Counted from the first letter of the stretch, positions 1-12,349 are shown. The stretch: DNA of 64,000 nucleotides from Tricharina praecox (GCF_024521635.1 NW_026250404.1:1860001-1924000); one strand, 5' to 3'. The notes: a model not told the origin generated them from the sequence alone. Translations and numbers: made by a program.

Positions 1-4
1 TCTA

Positions 5-1963
5 TTGGAAACTTCCAACCAACCGCCATCACTACCACAGCAGCAACAACCTCTTCCTCCCTCGCCCCCCCTCCCTCCTCCAGCTCCTCCAGCACCTCAA
101 CAACAATCCCAACAACCGATTCAACAGCAGCATTACCAAGAGCCGACGATGCCGTATAGTCATGACTACGATATTCACCCGCATCAGGAGATGCTCTACC
201 AACAGCCGCTCGTACAGCAGCAGTTGCAGCCGATGAATCAACACCAAATGTACCCTGCGACATCTGCCATCGACCCAGCTCTTTATGCCAACCACAACCA
301 TAATCAACTGGTGCCCTCGATGGTGCACGACCCGAACATGTTGATGGCGTATCACCAGCCTGTTATGGAGAGCAAGCCCAGAAAGGAGAAGGCTGCGCCG
401 AGACCGAAGAAGCTGCGTTCTCCATCGCCAGAGATCAACGAGGCTGATCTGGCCCCGGAGCTCCTCATCAAGCCCAACGTTTCGTATGTTGTTATGATTC
501 ACGAAGCAATCCTCAACTCGGCGGATAAGGTCCTTTCATTACCTCAAATTTACAAAGCCATCGAGACCAAATACCCATACTACAAGTTCAAGGTCCAAAC
601 TCAGGGCTGGCAGAGCAGTGTGCGGCATAACCTTGGACAACATAAGGCGTTTTACAAGGTTGACCGCGCCGGCAAGGGCTGGCTTTGGGGAGTTGTGGAG
701 GGAGTGAGCATTGAAAAGGAGAAGAAGGGGAATGCTGCGAAGCAAACGATGCCGGGATACGATGGGATGCAGTCTCCGGACGGACGGGGTGCGCATCTGC
801 AGAACGGCCAGATGATGGGTCATATGGGGGCACCGCCGCCGAATTTTCATCAGCAGCCCAACTACCAGGTCACCAACGGTATGCAACAACCGATGATGCA
901 AATGCCGCTTCCCCCGCTGCCGCCGCAACAGGTGCCATTGCCTCCCAGCTATATGCCAGCGAAGCAGCACACTCAGCTGTCTGGTTCATCTACTCAGTCC
1001 AGCTCTCGTGCTTTCGAGGCGCCGATTCCTATGCCTACGGCCGGAAACCAGCAATCGGAACAGAAGTCAGACGTCAAGCAGGTCATTTCGGTATTGACTA
1101 GAATCATCGCGCAGAGACAGGCCCAAGCCTCTACGGACCCCAACAGCGCCAAGACCTTGGAGCAACTGAAGAACTTTTTGGCTCAGCTGGCATCCGGCAA
1201 GTCCAGTCCTGCGGCGTTGGCGACGGTTTCGAGTCTGGTCAGCTCCCTCAACCGACCCGATGCCTCCGTACCTAAGGCTTCTCCCACTTCTGTGGCCCCC
1301 CGTGCTGCGTCGCCCCCAGATCCTTCTATGAGTCTGGGTTCACCACCCCTACCGCAGTCAATGTCGACCCCCGTTTCCGCTTCTCCCACGCCGGGACAAA
1401 TCGCTGGAAAGGCTCCCGTCAAAGCTCCCGTGAAATTGACTCCAGGAGTCACGTTTGCGAATCTTGCCCAGCACATCAAGCATATGAGCCCCGAAGAGCG
1501 CGCCGAGTGGACAAGGAAGTTGTTGGAACTCAAACAGCAGAAGGCTGCAGCTGCCGCTGCCAAAGCACAATCGCCGACCAACAATACGCCCTTGACTGTG
1601 GTCGCTCCTATGACTCCGCGCCCAACCACTGCCGGCAAAGCCCCTGTTTCAACCGTCAAGTCCCCGTCACCTGCTGGAACAGCCCCGGCCCCACCTCACC
1701 CAACCCCACCTCACCCAACCACCGCCGGTAAGGCCCCGGTCGGTCTCGGTGCTGGAAAGCGTCCTGTTGGAGCTGGAAAGATGCCTCTAAAATCGCCGCA
1801 GATCACGGATGCTATTAAGAATATGTCTCCGGAAATGATTCAGCAGTATCTCGCCAAGGTCAAGGCTAACCAGGCGATGAAGCGTCCGTTGGAAAGCAGC
1901 AGCTCGGCGGCGGATTCGGGAGAGCCGCCGGCCAAGAAGGTTGATGTTGGAGCGAAGGAGTAG
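5..1963 (+). CDS. Forkhead transcription factor, Fhl1-like (5'-partial; N-terminus probably lies upstream of the window)
   Basis: Forkhead domain KPNVSYVVMIHEAILNSADKVLSLPQIYKAIETKYPYYKFKVQTQGWQSSVRHNLGQHKAFYKVDRAGKGWLWG, flanked by Q/P-rich low-complexity sequence, with a C-terminal NLS-like EPPAKKV. The ORF-track start is TTG at the window edge, so the true start is likely outside. The Fhl1 assignment rests on recalled similarity to filamentous-fungal Fhl1 forkhead domains. Confidence 0.9.
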   Translation: METSNQPPSLPQQQQPLPPSPPLPPPAPPAPQQQSQQPIQQQHYQEPTMPYSHDYDIHPHQEMLYQQPLVQQQLQPMNQHQMYPATSAIDPALYANHNHNQLVPSMVHDPNMLMAYHQPVMESKPRKEKAAPRPKKLRSPSPEINEADLAPELLIKPNVSYVVMIHEAILNSADKVLSLPQIYKAIETKYPYYKFKVQTQGWQSSVRHNLGQHKAFYKVDRAGKGWLWGVVEGVSIEKEKKGNAAKQTMPGYDGMQSPDGRGAHLQNGQMMGHMGAPPPNFHQQPNYQVTNGMQQPMMQMPLPPLPPQQVPLPPSYMPAKQHTQLSGSSTQSSSRAFEAPIPMPTAGNQQSEQKSDVKQVISVLTRIIAQRQAQASTDPNSAKTLEQLKNFLAQLASGKSSPAALATVSSLVSSLNRPDASVPKASPTSVAPRAASPPDPSMSLGSPPLPQSMSTPVSASPTPGQIAGKAPVKAPVKLTPGVTFANLAQHIKHMSPEERAEWTRKLLELKQQKAAAAAAKAQSPTNNTPLTVVAPMTPRPTTAGKAPVSTVKSPSPAGTAPAPPHPTPPHPTTAGKAPVGLGAGKRPVGAGKMPLKSPQITDAIKNMSPEMIQQYLAKVKANQAMKRPLESSSSAADSGEPPAKKVDVGAKE

Positions 1964-4900
1964 GATCTGGGGGTGATGCTAGCGCAATGCTCTCTTCTCC
2001 GTATGGCTGTATACGATGATGCGATTTTGTCCTGTTGTTTTTTTGGCTGTCAAGGTCGGGCTGGGAGCTCAAAAGTGCTGGCCTGACTGGCTCTTTTCTT
2101 TTCTCTCTTTCATATTCTTTCTTTTCTCTTCTTTCTTCAGGTCAACGGGGTTCAAGTTTCAGGTCGGACGCAAGGTGTTTGGCGTTGTTTCTCTGTCTAG
2201 TCTGTCCCGCTACGTGTATGTGTGTCTTTGTTTGTTTGTTTGGTGCCACTGGGATGCGGCAACGATGGCTTGTACTTACTTACTCTTGCGATGTTTCCCA
2301 ATGTAATGTGGTGGTGTAAGTGCAATCGATACCCAGTATCAAGACGGTTCGGGATCACAGACATCTTACAGTCCCGGACTCCTCTGAAAATTCCAGTGAC
2401 TTCGGCTGGAAGTCATCAGCCATCTCAGTACCCGACTGAACGGCCAGGTTCGGGACGGAAGTGATCACCCAGTGTCCGAGCTGTCGGAATACTACCATCT
2501 GATATCACTCGGACATCCCGCTCAAGATCCGCTTTACCGAGCCCGTAATTCGTCCCTTCAGACGGCAAAATTCGTTCCTGAACCTTTATGTACTTGCTCC
2601 TCAATCCGGATAACGGGAGTCCGTTGGAGTCATCAGCCACCTCCACAACCCTCACCACCACCGTGCGCCCCGTCCGCTTTTGCCACCACTATCACCAAAG
2701 CCCACCACCACCACCACCACCACCACCACGCGTCCCGCATAATCAATTATCAGCATCCAATGCCCATAATCCTCCCTCTCGGTGTGGACGCCAGGGCTCA
2801 CAGGCTCACAGCGCAGCCTCGCGCCACAGAAAAAGAAAAGCACATCGCAAAAGAAAAACAAAAGGGAAGGGAAGAGTCAACATCGAAAACAAAAATAACA
2901 AAAACGGAGTGGCCCGATTCGCTCACGATTACCGAGGAGGGGTGGTGTGTGTGGTGTGTGTGGTGTGTGTGGGGTGGGGTTTCGCAAGAAAGAAGTGGAA
3001 GAGCGAAGGGAGGGGTGGGGGGGGGGGGGGGTGGGTTCGCAGAGCTCACGTCAGGTCAGGTACATACTGACATACACACATACTTCTCACCTACAAGCTA
3101 CCTACACACTGCGTTTATGCAAGCATGCAGGCGTGCAAGCGGTCATACATATCAGCTCAGGGCCTCGGGCACGCCGTGGGCCATGGCCGACGAGGAAGTG
3201 TCGGTTACAATGTATTGTACTCTACATACGCGATGTACATAGCATGGGGGTCGGCGGGGAGGGGGATGGCAGATGGGGGATGGGGGACGTGGAGATATAC
3301 CCGGATGTCGACCTCGAACGCAGAGTTTACACTTCTTGCGCGGAGGTTGTTGTTGGATGCGCCGGGCACGGTACCTAGCGTCCCAACAGCCCATTGTAAC
3401 CAACTACGGTACTACCGTACCTGCTAGTACTTCCTACCCGCCAGCCCCGACGCCCGACGCCCGAGCGAAGCGCAGCAACAACAGCGGAAGGGCCTCGTCG
3501 TATGTGGACCGCTACGTATGTAGGTACCTTCCGCCGCCTTAAGCTCCACCTGAGCGGCGGTGCATCCGGCCATCGAGATTTTACTCTACTTAGGTACGTA
3601 GGGGCCATGTGCGGGTTTTCGTAAGGAGTAGGTATTCATGTATGATAAGTCTTCAAGTACCCTATGTAGCGCCAGGTACTTAGGTGGTTGAGTACCTGAG
3701 AGGAAATCGAAGACTCAGATCCCGATCCTGCATATACGGTAGGTACTCTACACAGGTACACACCGGTGCTAGTATCTAGAGTACATACAACATCACATCA
3801 GGCAACCTGGCATGCAGGAATGACACTGCGTAAGCGGCCTTCGGAAGATACTGTTTAGTTGCCGCCGGTATCCCACTGAGCAGTTACCGCCGTATCCCAC
3901 GAGAGTCGGATCGATATCGTGGGTCGGATTCTGGATCCACTTTGTTTCGCTGTGCCAGCCACAGCTGCTAGGTGGAAAGTTCGCTAGTCGCCAGAGAGAT
4001 GGAAAAGTCGAACTGTCCCCGATCCGTGGAAGGGATCACGTGATCGATGCGATTAGTTACTTATCGCTCCGATCCGTGCTCTCAGCCTCGGGTTGCCGCG
4101 AGTTGTCCAGGGGCCAGGGCACAAACAGTTGGTGAGTCGCGAGATGGACTGCTTTCTGCCGCTCCCGTAGGCTGTACCCGTATGGAGCGGAGCGGACACG
4201 GGACCGCATTACGGTACTAGTAATCGCGCTGTTCTCTGTTTCCCACTGTCTACTGCTTTCTGTTCTCACGTTTACTAAACTCCGGCTCTATGATCAGTGA
4301 AAACCTCTAGCTCTATAATAGAGTATGTACGAGCTGTCTGGCCCATGAATCGGATCATAATTCCTTACTTGCCTCATGCCCGCGCACCAAAACACTGAGG
4401 CTGTCGAACCACTGGTCGGGGAGGTCTACTTTCAAGTCCGGGATCGCAGGCTTTAAACGCCGCCCTCTCTCCCAGCGCTTGCCACTGGAGCCTCGTGGAT
4501 GCAAAACGTTGAAGATGACTCCTCCTCCTCCCCAAAACAAAAAACAAAAACAAAAAACCTCCAAACGTGGGCACCCAGTTCACCAACCCAACCCAAGTTC
4601 CAACGAAAGAAAGTCCGAAACGTGAAACAATCCGCCAGCACACACCGGGGTATATTTAGCTCGAACAGTTGCTCCCTCGCAGAGTCGCAGCTAGAGCCTT
4701 GCGACTCGCGAGTTGCGTTGCGTTGCACTTGCGCCGCCGCCCCGCCGCAGTGCCGCCGCGCACATGGAACGTCGCCGCGCCGCCGGTCAGCCAGCCAGCC
4801 GGTCAGCCAGCCAGACAGCCGGTCAGTCAGCCCATGCAGTTCAGAGTTCAGAGTTCGAAGTTCAAAATTAAAACTTCAGCCCCCGAAGTTCGCACATGCA

Positions 4901-5297
4901 AGCCACTGATTCTTCTGATTCGCGGTACATATCTAGGTACATAGGATGCTCAGTAAACTGCAGCCGCCATGGTGGTCCCCCCCCCCCCCCCCCCCCACTG
5001 GTGGATTCCGGAACTTGGAAGGCATCCCGTCGGGACATCATCCTGGCTTGGGCCGAGAAGCAGGTACATACTGGTAACTGAAGCACCTGCCCAGGTACAT
5101 AAGAAGTACGTACCTCGTACGTACCCAAGTAGGTATGTACACGGATATATCATCTGGAGGGAGGGTCTTGGCTGTGGAGACTCGGCGCGGCGGTTCCCGG
5201 AGGATTGCGCGGCGGGTAATCTACGGTGTCGACGTTAACTAACTTCAAGTCTCCAACTCCACTTTCTTTCCGCGCTGGAACAAACACCCGCTAGGTA

Positions 5298-6623
5298 CCA
5301 TATTGAGCCGTGTACTAAAGTCAAAAGCATTATGGCAGCCACATATGAGGGCGATTTTGACACTCGGGTTTTGGGGAAAAAATACTAGTATGGGCTCTGT
5401 AAGGAATTTTGAAAAATGAGGGTTAGTAAGGCTTATACGCTCATAAGGATTCCCTAATGACTTCTTCTGCGACAAGCTTCATCTCTTGCAATGCTTATCA
5501 CTTGTTGATGCTCTTCTTCCGTAACCTTATATACCTAAACTACTCTCCTTCCCCGCTCCCCAGTCCCCCGCCACCATTCCCATACCGTCTACCGCTCACC
5601 ATACTGTGCCCCCCTACGGTTCCTCGTTGTGGATATCTTGCTGGCATCGAGGGGAGGGAGGGGGGGAAGTGACGCAGGAGCTGTCTGTGGAAGGAGGAGC
5701 TTTCAGCGAGGGGATAAAGTGATGGGGGAGTTTTCGGCGACGGTAACTGTAAGAGATAGTAGCTATCAGCAAGAGAATCTATCCGGTAAAGGAGAGCTAT
5801 GGCGGGAGTAAGAGCTATATGAGAGATGAGATATCAGCGGGAATAACAGTTGCGGTGGGGGGTAGCAGTAGCAGTTGCGGCAAGAGGAGGAAGTGATAGA
5901 GGAGCCGTGGATGCCGAGAGGAGGAGCTGTTAGAAAGAGGAGGAGCCGTGGGCCCGGGGGTTTTAAACTTCAAATAAGCTTCATCATGTCTGTCTTCAGA
6001 AAACTCTGCGCCTAACCATACCTTAGGACATTATCTGGCGGGTTTGATTCTGTCTGAGCTGCCTCTCTCTCTCTCATCACCATCTATAGGATACCTAGAC
6101 GTTCAACTTCCCACCTCCGCTCTCTCCTCTCGACCCGCCGCCGCCGGTGTCAAGCAGGCTGATTTTAGCATATGCACTACTAACACATAAGAGTGATAGA
6201 ACCCATGGGTTTGAATAAGGCTCATTGAAGGCTTGTATAATGCATGTGAAGAGATTGAGCGTGTGGCGCTCTAAGGATTTTCTGTCTCGAACCGATATAT
6301 CCCATAATGCTTCACAAAACCTGCCAGGTTCACAGTCATTATTATACGGCAGTGCTGTGCATTTCAACAATGACGATATAGGCCTGACGAAAGCTATGAG
6401 GCTTACAAAGTGAGAAGGCCGATTTATGCGATGGTGGCTTTCGCTGCCTAGGCATTATGTAGGAGTTACGACAATTTTAGGGAAATGAGAACATCAGCCT
6501 TAGTTTAACAGCCCTTACTGAGGCCTCACGAGCTCAACGCGCTTATAGCTGGCTTATACGAGGACTGTTTGCCTATTCAAGCCCTACATAAGGCTAACGA
6601 CATTAGTACAAGGCTCAATATGG
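5298..6623. mobile_element. Non-autonomous TIR DNA transposon (TA target, Tc1/mariner superfamily-like), about 1.33 kb
   Basis: Left end CCATATTGAGCCGTGTACTAAAGTC (5298) matches the reverse complement of the right end, CCATATTGAGCCTTGTACTAATGTC (ends 6623). TA flanks both sides (5296-97, 6624-25). No transposase ORF inside. Confidence 0.8.
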
Positions 6624-7568
6624 TATATATGGGCGTGCGTATGTATTGTACGTATACTTCGGACCGGTTCTCAGCCTGCCAGCCAGCCAGCGATGAGGGT
6701 ACGTACCTAAGTAACGACTTGGTTACTGCAAGGAATTCTTCAGCTGCAGTCTGCAGGGCCAGGTACCTATACCGCGTAGGTTGTTACTCGTGGTCTGTCT
6801 CCCTCAACTCCTGACCTCGCTTGAACTTCACATCAAAGTTCATGTCCAGCCTGCAAGGCTGCAACCTACCCAAGCACCGGTATACCTAGCCCCAGAAAGC
6901 AAAACGGGCCACTCCCTGAGTGAGAAGGCGTGTACGGTACGATACATACCATCGGATAAGTAACCTTACCTACTACATAGAGTACGATACCGGTACTCTA
7001 GATGTGATACATCGGATTGATGTATGTATCTACATGGTTAACCACATAACTGACTAGATCTGCAGGGGATCCCAGGCCATGTTGCATGTTGCAGATACGG
7101 AGGTACGGAGGTGGTGGTGGTGGTGGTGGTGGTGGTGGTGCGTGAGGTGAGGTTCTGTCTGTGTGCCCCCCCTGGGCCCCTCCCCTCCCCCTCCCCCGCT
7201 ATCTGTTGGTGGACCCGTTTGCCCCGTAGATCAACCCCCTCCACCACTCCCCCATGGATGGTCCACTGCGATCCCTACAGAGGACACGAATGTTCGCACC
7301 ACCACCGAGCCCACCGAGCTCGGCCAAGCCAAGCCACACACAACCCATCGACTTGAAAGTCGCTGTGACGCTGCAGGTACCTCTGCGCAGCTTCCTTCCG
7401 CGCCGCGCCGCGAACCGCCGGGACTTGGGTTTTGCTTTGGCGGCACAGCAATAGCAACAGCAGCAGCAGCAGCAGCAGGTGTTGAGTTGCCGTTATTGCC
7501 GTTGTCGTTATTATCGTTGTCGTTGTCGTTGTTGTTGTCGTTGACCGATTATCCGCATGCCTTCCATC

Positions 7569-7836
7569 TACATACCAGTATCTATCCCCTTGTGTGCTGA
7601 CTCCGGGTGGGGTACTACGTACAGTGCATCAGCGTGTGTACACATTCGCGTAGACAATTCAGGCCAGTAGTAGTATAGTGTATTGAGATAGGTTCGCTGC
7701 CAAAATACACTATACTACTACTGGCCCTGAATTAAAAACACTATACTACTACTGGCGTGAATTGTCCACGCTGATGTACTGTACGTAGTACCCCACCCCG
7801 AAATGCCACCCAAGGGGATATGTACCCAGGTAGGTA
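7569..7836. repeat. Nested inverted-repeat (foldback) element, about 270 bp
   Basis: Outer arms GGGTGGGGTACTACGTACAGTGCATCAGCGTG (7605) and CACGCTGATGTACTGTACGTAGTACCCCACCC (ends 7798). The inner arm CCAGTAGTAGTATAGTGT pairs with ACACTATACTACTACTGG, which is present twice. Imperfect pairing extends outward (TATCCCCTTG/CAAGGGGATA). Confidence 0.85.
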
Positions 7837-10174
7837 AGGTACTTGAACATGTACTCCGGCCCCACCAGCTGGAGGACCTCCTTCAAGAAAAGTCAGCTCC
7901 AAACTTCAACCTTCAGCCTTCAACCTTCAACCCCGGCTGAATTTGGAATTTGAGATCTCTCGGCCAGTGGGCCGGTTGGGTGGGCCCCTCCCCTCAACCT
8001 TGGCGTGCCGCGTGCGCACTCGAGGGGCCGGCAGCTAGGTATATAGCCAGCCATACAGAGTTCAGAGTACAGAGGGCAGAGTTCAGACGCCCTTGCTCGC
8101 GTTTAGGATGCTGTTGCCGCTGGGTGGTGGGGACTGGCCGGGGTGCTCCCAGAGTCCTCCTTTGGTGCCTTACGTCTGGTGGGGCTGCGGAGGAGGAGGA
8201 GGAGAGGAGGAGGAGAGGAGGCGGTGGAGGTAGAATTGCATGGTGGGTGCCACTGCGTGGGGCTCCGGACTCACGAGCGTGTGACTACCTAGAGTACCTC
8301 CGGTACCGGGTACCTGTGCGAGAAGCGCGCTGTCCGAGACCGTCGTTACTCTGCTGGTCTCGGAACTTGGAAGAGATCATCTACAGATGATAGGTGGGTA
8401 CTCTAGGTACTCTACTCTGCTACGGTATTCTGCTCTGCTCTGGAGCGAAGTGGTGTCCATCAGGTCTACAGTGCAATACTGTGCAGTACAGTGCTTGGCG
8501 TAGCACTTCGGTATCGCATCTTCCGGAAAGCGCATCCTTCCTTCCTTCAGCTTTGGTGGTGAACCTTAAACGCAGGGATAGGTAGCATGTACCTATCGCG
8601 GATCCGCGGTGGGTACATAGGGGAAGAGCATCACCAGCCGATATGTACATCCAGAGGAGCATCGTCGTTCCGCATCGGAAGACGCACCGTACCGCACCGT
8701 ACCGCACCGCACGCATTCATTCATCCCCTCGCCTCCGGATTTCGGAAGGCTTTCGGGGAGGCGAGGGCGGAAGCCAACAGGGAGGAAGCCAACAGGCAGA
8801 AAAGCCATCGCCATCTCCTGCTCCTGCTCCTATATACGGTACTCCTGCTCCATTGGAGTAACCACGGTACGTACTCTACTCTAGACTCTACAGACTACGG
8901 TAGCAATGACTCTGGACTCTGGACCCCGTCCGCCAAAAAAAACACGTGGGTGCATCGGGCCCGAAGGCTGAAGTTTCAGTTATGTATGATAACTACGGAT
9001 TAGCGGGGATAACTCCGGCACCAGGGCCCATCGTGCTCATGTCCTAGCTTGCGAGTTGCGGGTCTACATAACACGAGCAGATGTATGATGTACGTACCCC
9101 ATCGGAGATCACCTACGATTCCAGCAGCCGTCTAGGTAACCGAGTAGCTACCATGTAGTTCTCGGTTGAGGCTGAGTGAGTGAACGCTTCATCGTTGTGG
9201 ATTCGTGGGGCCTGCGGGGCCGTCGCGATGACTCAGAACTGTTGTATGCATACTCGCCGCAAGCATGCTGTCGGCCGGCGGGGATGGTTATCATTATTCG
9301 TTCGTCCGTGACGATCGGAATAAAAATAGTGTTCCTGTCTGACTCGTCAGTCAGGACTCGAGTTGACGGCCTTTGGCGGCATGTCCTTCCGTATGTAACC
9401 ATCTGGTGCTGGTGGTGTCTGGGCGCTCAGGTCATAACCACCGGTACTTTTTATACGGTGCGGGCAATCCGAATCGGCAACAAGGCTGCTGTGACTGTAC
9501 TCTGCCTGCATACCTGTATACAAAGTCTGTGGATCGATGACGTCTCGAAGCCAAGAAAATGCCACGTGATGGCCCCAGATCCGTGCAGAATCTCAGATAG
9601 ATCTACATGACTACTTTGGTCACCCCGCGGCGCGGCGCACCGGCAGGTACCGACCGACCACCCGACCGACCGTTGCGGCTAAGCTTTCCGACGGTCGGGA
9701 GTCGGACGCGATCTATCTGTCACTCTGCTATTTACATAGCTCATACTTCTTACTTCTTATGTGCTTGCTTGCCTTTTCTCGTGAAGCCATAGATCTTCCC
9801 AAGTCTAGAAGTCTGGGCCACTTGCGAGCGTCGATGCCGCTTTTCTTTCCCTTTTCCTCGCCCTCGCCTGTACTGCAGCCTTGTGCAATGTGTGCTCATC
9901 ATCATGCTCAAGCTCATGCTCAGGCAAGGGTGGACCGTGGACCGTCAGGAGCTCCTACATACGCAGCTACGCAGCTACCTCGCAGCTACGCTCGTTGTTG
10001 CGGCGGCGATAAGCAAAAAAAAACAATAATAATCCCGTCGACCCCGCTATGTACTGTACGGTACTCTACCCAGTGGCCTCCACGTATGCGCCCATCAATT
10101 TGAAACCGTGTTTCTGACTGTGTGTGCCTTCAGGCTCCGTCACCTGTCGAGGGGGAGGGGTTGCTGAGTGGGTT

Positions 10175-10324
10175 GAGATAGGTACCGGTACCTGCCCACC
10201 CTCGATATTCTTCCTCCTCCTGAACGTTTTGCCTTCAGCAAAGTGTGTAGAGATAGGTACCGGTACATGCACACCCTCGATATTCTTCCTCCTCCTGAAC
10301 GTTTTGCCTTCAGCAAAGTGTGTA
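10175..10324. repeat. Tandem duplication, 75-bp unit x2
   Basis: GAGATAGGTACCGGTAC(C/A)TGC(C/A)CACCCTCGATATTCTTCCTCCTCCTGAACGTTTTGCCTTCAGCAAAGTGTGTA repeated head-to-tail with 2 mismatches. Confidence 0.9.
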
Positions 10325-12349
10325 CCTATCATACCTAATCATACCTATCATACCTGCCCGTCAAGCTTGTTCTGCGGTCCGGACAACACGATACCTGAGA
10401 CAAGCTTTATACTTCCCCCCTCGAAGCTCCTGGGAATGGCACGCACCCCGTACCTAGAACTCACTCTACGTACCGTACGGTACCTTGGTTACGGTCGGCA
10501 CCCGCGCTGCCTCTGGTAGGATGCATGGACATGAGTTCATCTGGTCCGCTCGCCTGTGCCCTGCTAGTCCATACATGTTAGTGGTACATACCGTGCTCCG
10601 CGTAGAATGTTCGTGGTTCGTCTGTATGTAACCTTATGTGACTGCGATGGTCGTCGTCAGTCAGAAACGCATTGCCGGCTCCACATATACGCTTCCGAGC
10701 CGGCTGTGCACGCGGTATGTAGAGTATCAGGTAACTACGCCCTCACCTGGAGTAGAGTGCCCAAGTACCTGTCTACCTGGGTATCTCGCACCCCGTCAGG
10801 AGCCTCAGCGAATCCCCATCCGTTGGCCCTCCTCCTCCTCCCCCACCGCCTCCGCAGCCCCGGCGTGTTTCCCGCCTTCGTTCGTTTCGTGTCTCCCTTG
10901 CCGCTCCGTGATCCTCCTTCTCCTTCTCCCACTCCAGTGCGCACTCGACTCCACTCCACTGCACTCCACTCCGCACTGCCTACGTCAAACGATCGCATTG
11001 CAGGTTCGGCGCCGGCCAATCAGCGTTGGCGGGGCATTGGTCTGGGGAAGTGCGGTTCCGTATCTGCGCCCATGCCAGGAGAGCAGCGAGCTGCTGCTGC
11101 ACCCACCAGCCAACTGCAGGCGCATCAGCTCAAGCACAAGCACAAGCACAAGCCATTCCTGATACCCGCAGCAGCCTCTCTCTCTTCTCTTCTCTAGTTA
11201 GGGTGAAGTCGCTCAGGCACCACCGCCGCCGCTGCTGCTGCTGCGCTGAATCTTCTTCATCCATCGTCCACCAACAGAACACCGCTCGCACCCACACACA
11301 CTCATACTCGCCCAACCCGCAGTCGTCGACACATCCACACAGCACACTCGCCGCCCCCGCATGCTTGCTTGCCTGCCTGCCTTGGATACCCTCGTTTCTC
11401 TTCTCTGGCCGAGTACTCGTAGAGTAGAATGGTCAAAGATGTATGCGCATACTGAACTTACCTTACCGTCTCACCCAAAAAAGCCTTCGAGTGAGGGTTT
11501 TCCCCTTCCTGTGTCCAGTGTCCACTGTCCGTCTGTTGCCTGGTTTATGTTTTTTTTATACTGGCCACCTTGCGTGCGGATCCTTGCGTTCCTCGCAAGC
11601 CCTGGCCCCTGGAACCGGGCTCGCCTCGCCTCGCCCTCGCCCTCACCGTCCCCCTCGCCCTCGCCGTCTTCTGCCATAGGGACAAGTATAGAGTAGTACC
11701 TTGCTGCGAGCCGTGGTTCGAGTGGCCGCCGGACTCTCTCTCCCCCACTACCTCTACTCCTTCTCTCACTGCCCCTCTCCCCCTCTCCCCCTCTCCCCCC
11801 CTCTCTCACTCCTTCTCTCCCCCTCTCTTGCACTCCCTCCGCAGCGTCTCCGATCACTACCATACTGACAGCGTTGTCGTTCTTTGTCTACACAGAGCAG
11901 ACAGAGCAGACAGAGCAGAGAAGAAGAAAGGCCAGAGAGATCTCGGGACAACAAAAGTGCACGGCTCTCGCCCTTGTAGCGAGGAAGAAAAAAGAAAAAA
12001 AAGAAAGAGAGCCATTCTTGAATCCCTGCTCCCTGCATTGGGCTCTCTGTGCTTGAGACGCAAACACACAGACACCCTTAGCACCCCCCTCCCCCTCCCC
12101 CAGCCCAGGCAAGAGAGGCGTTCCTGAACCTGAGCCTGAACCTGAATACCCCCCCCCCCCCAATCCACTCGAACACCCCCCCTCCTCACCCCCCTCCTCA
12201 CCCCCCTCCTCATCCCCCCCCCCCCCCCCCCCCCCCACCACCACCCCCCCAGACAACGCCCCTCTTGGCTGTGTGTGAATGACCCCACCACCTACTCTAC
12301 ACAATTACTAGGTACACCGTACTCACACCGTACTCACACCGTACACCTC

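Noticed and set aside
4676..4712. Small hairpin CTCGCAGAGTCGCA...TGCGACTCGCGAG
   Set aside because: A short GC-rich stem of about 13 bp with a bulge, no TSD and no second copy; could arise by chance.
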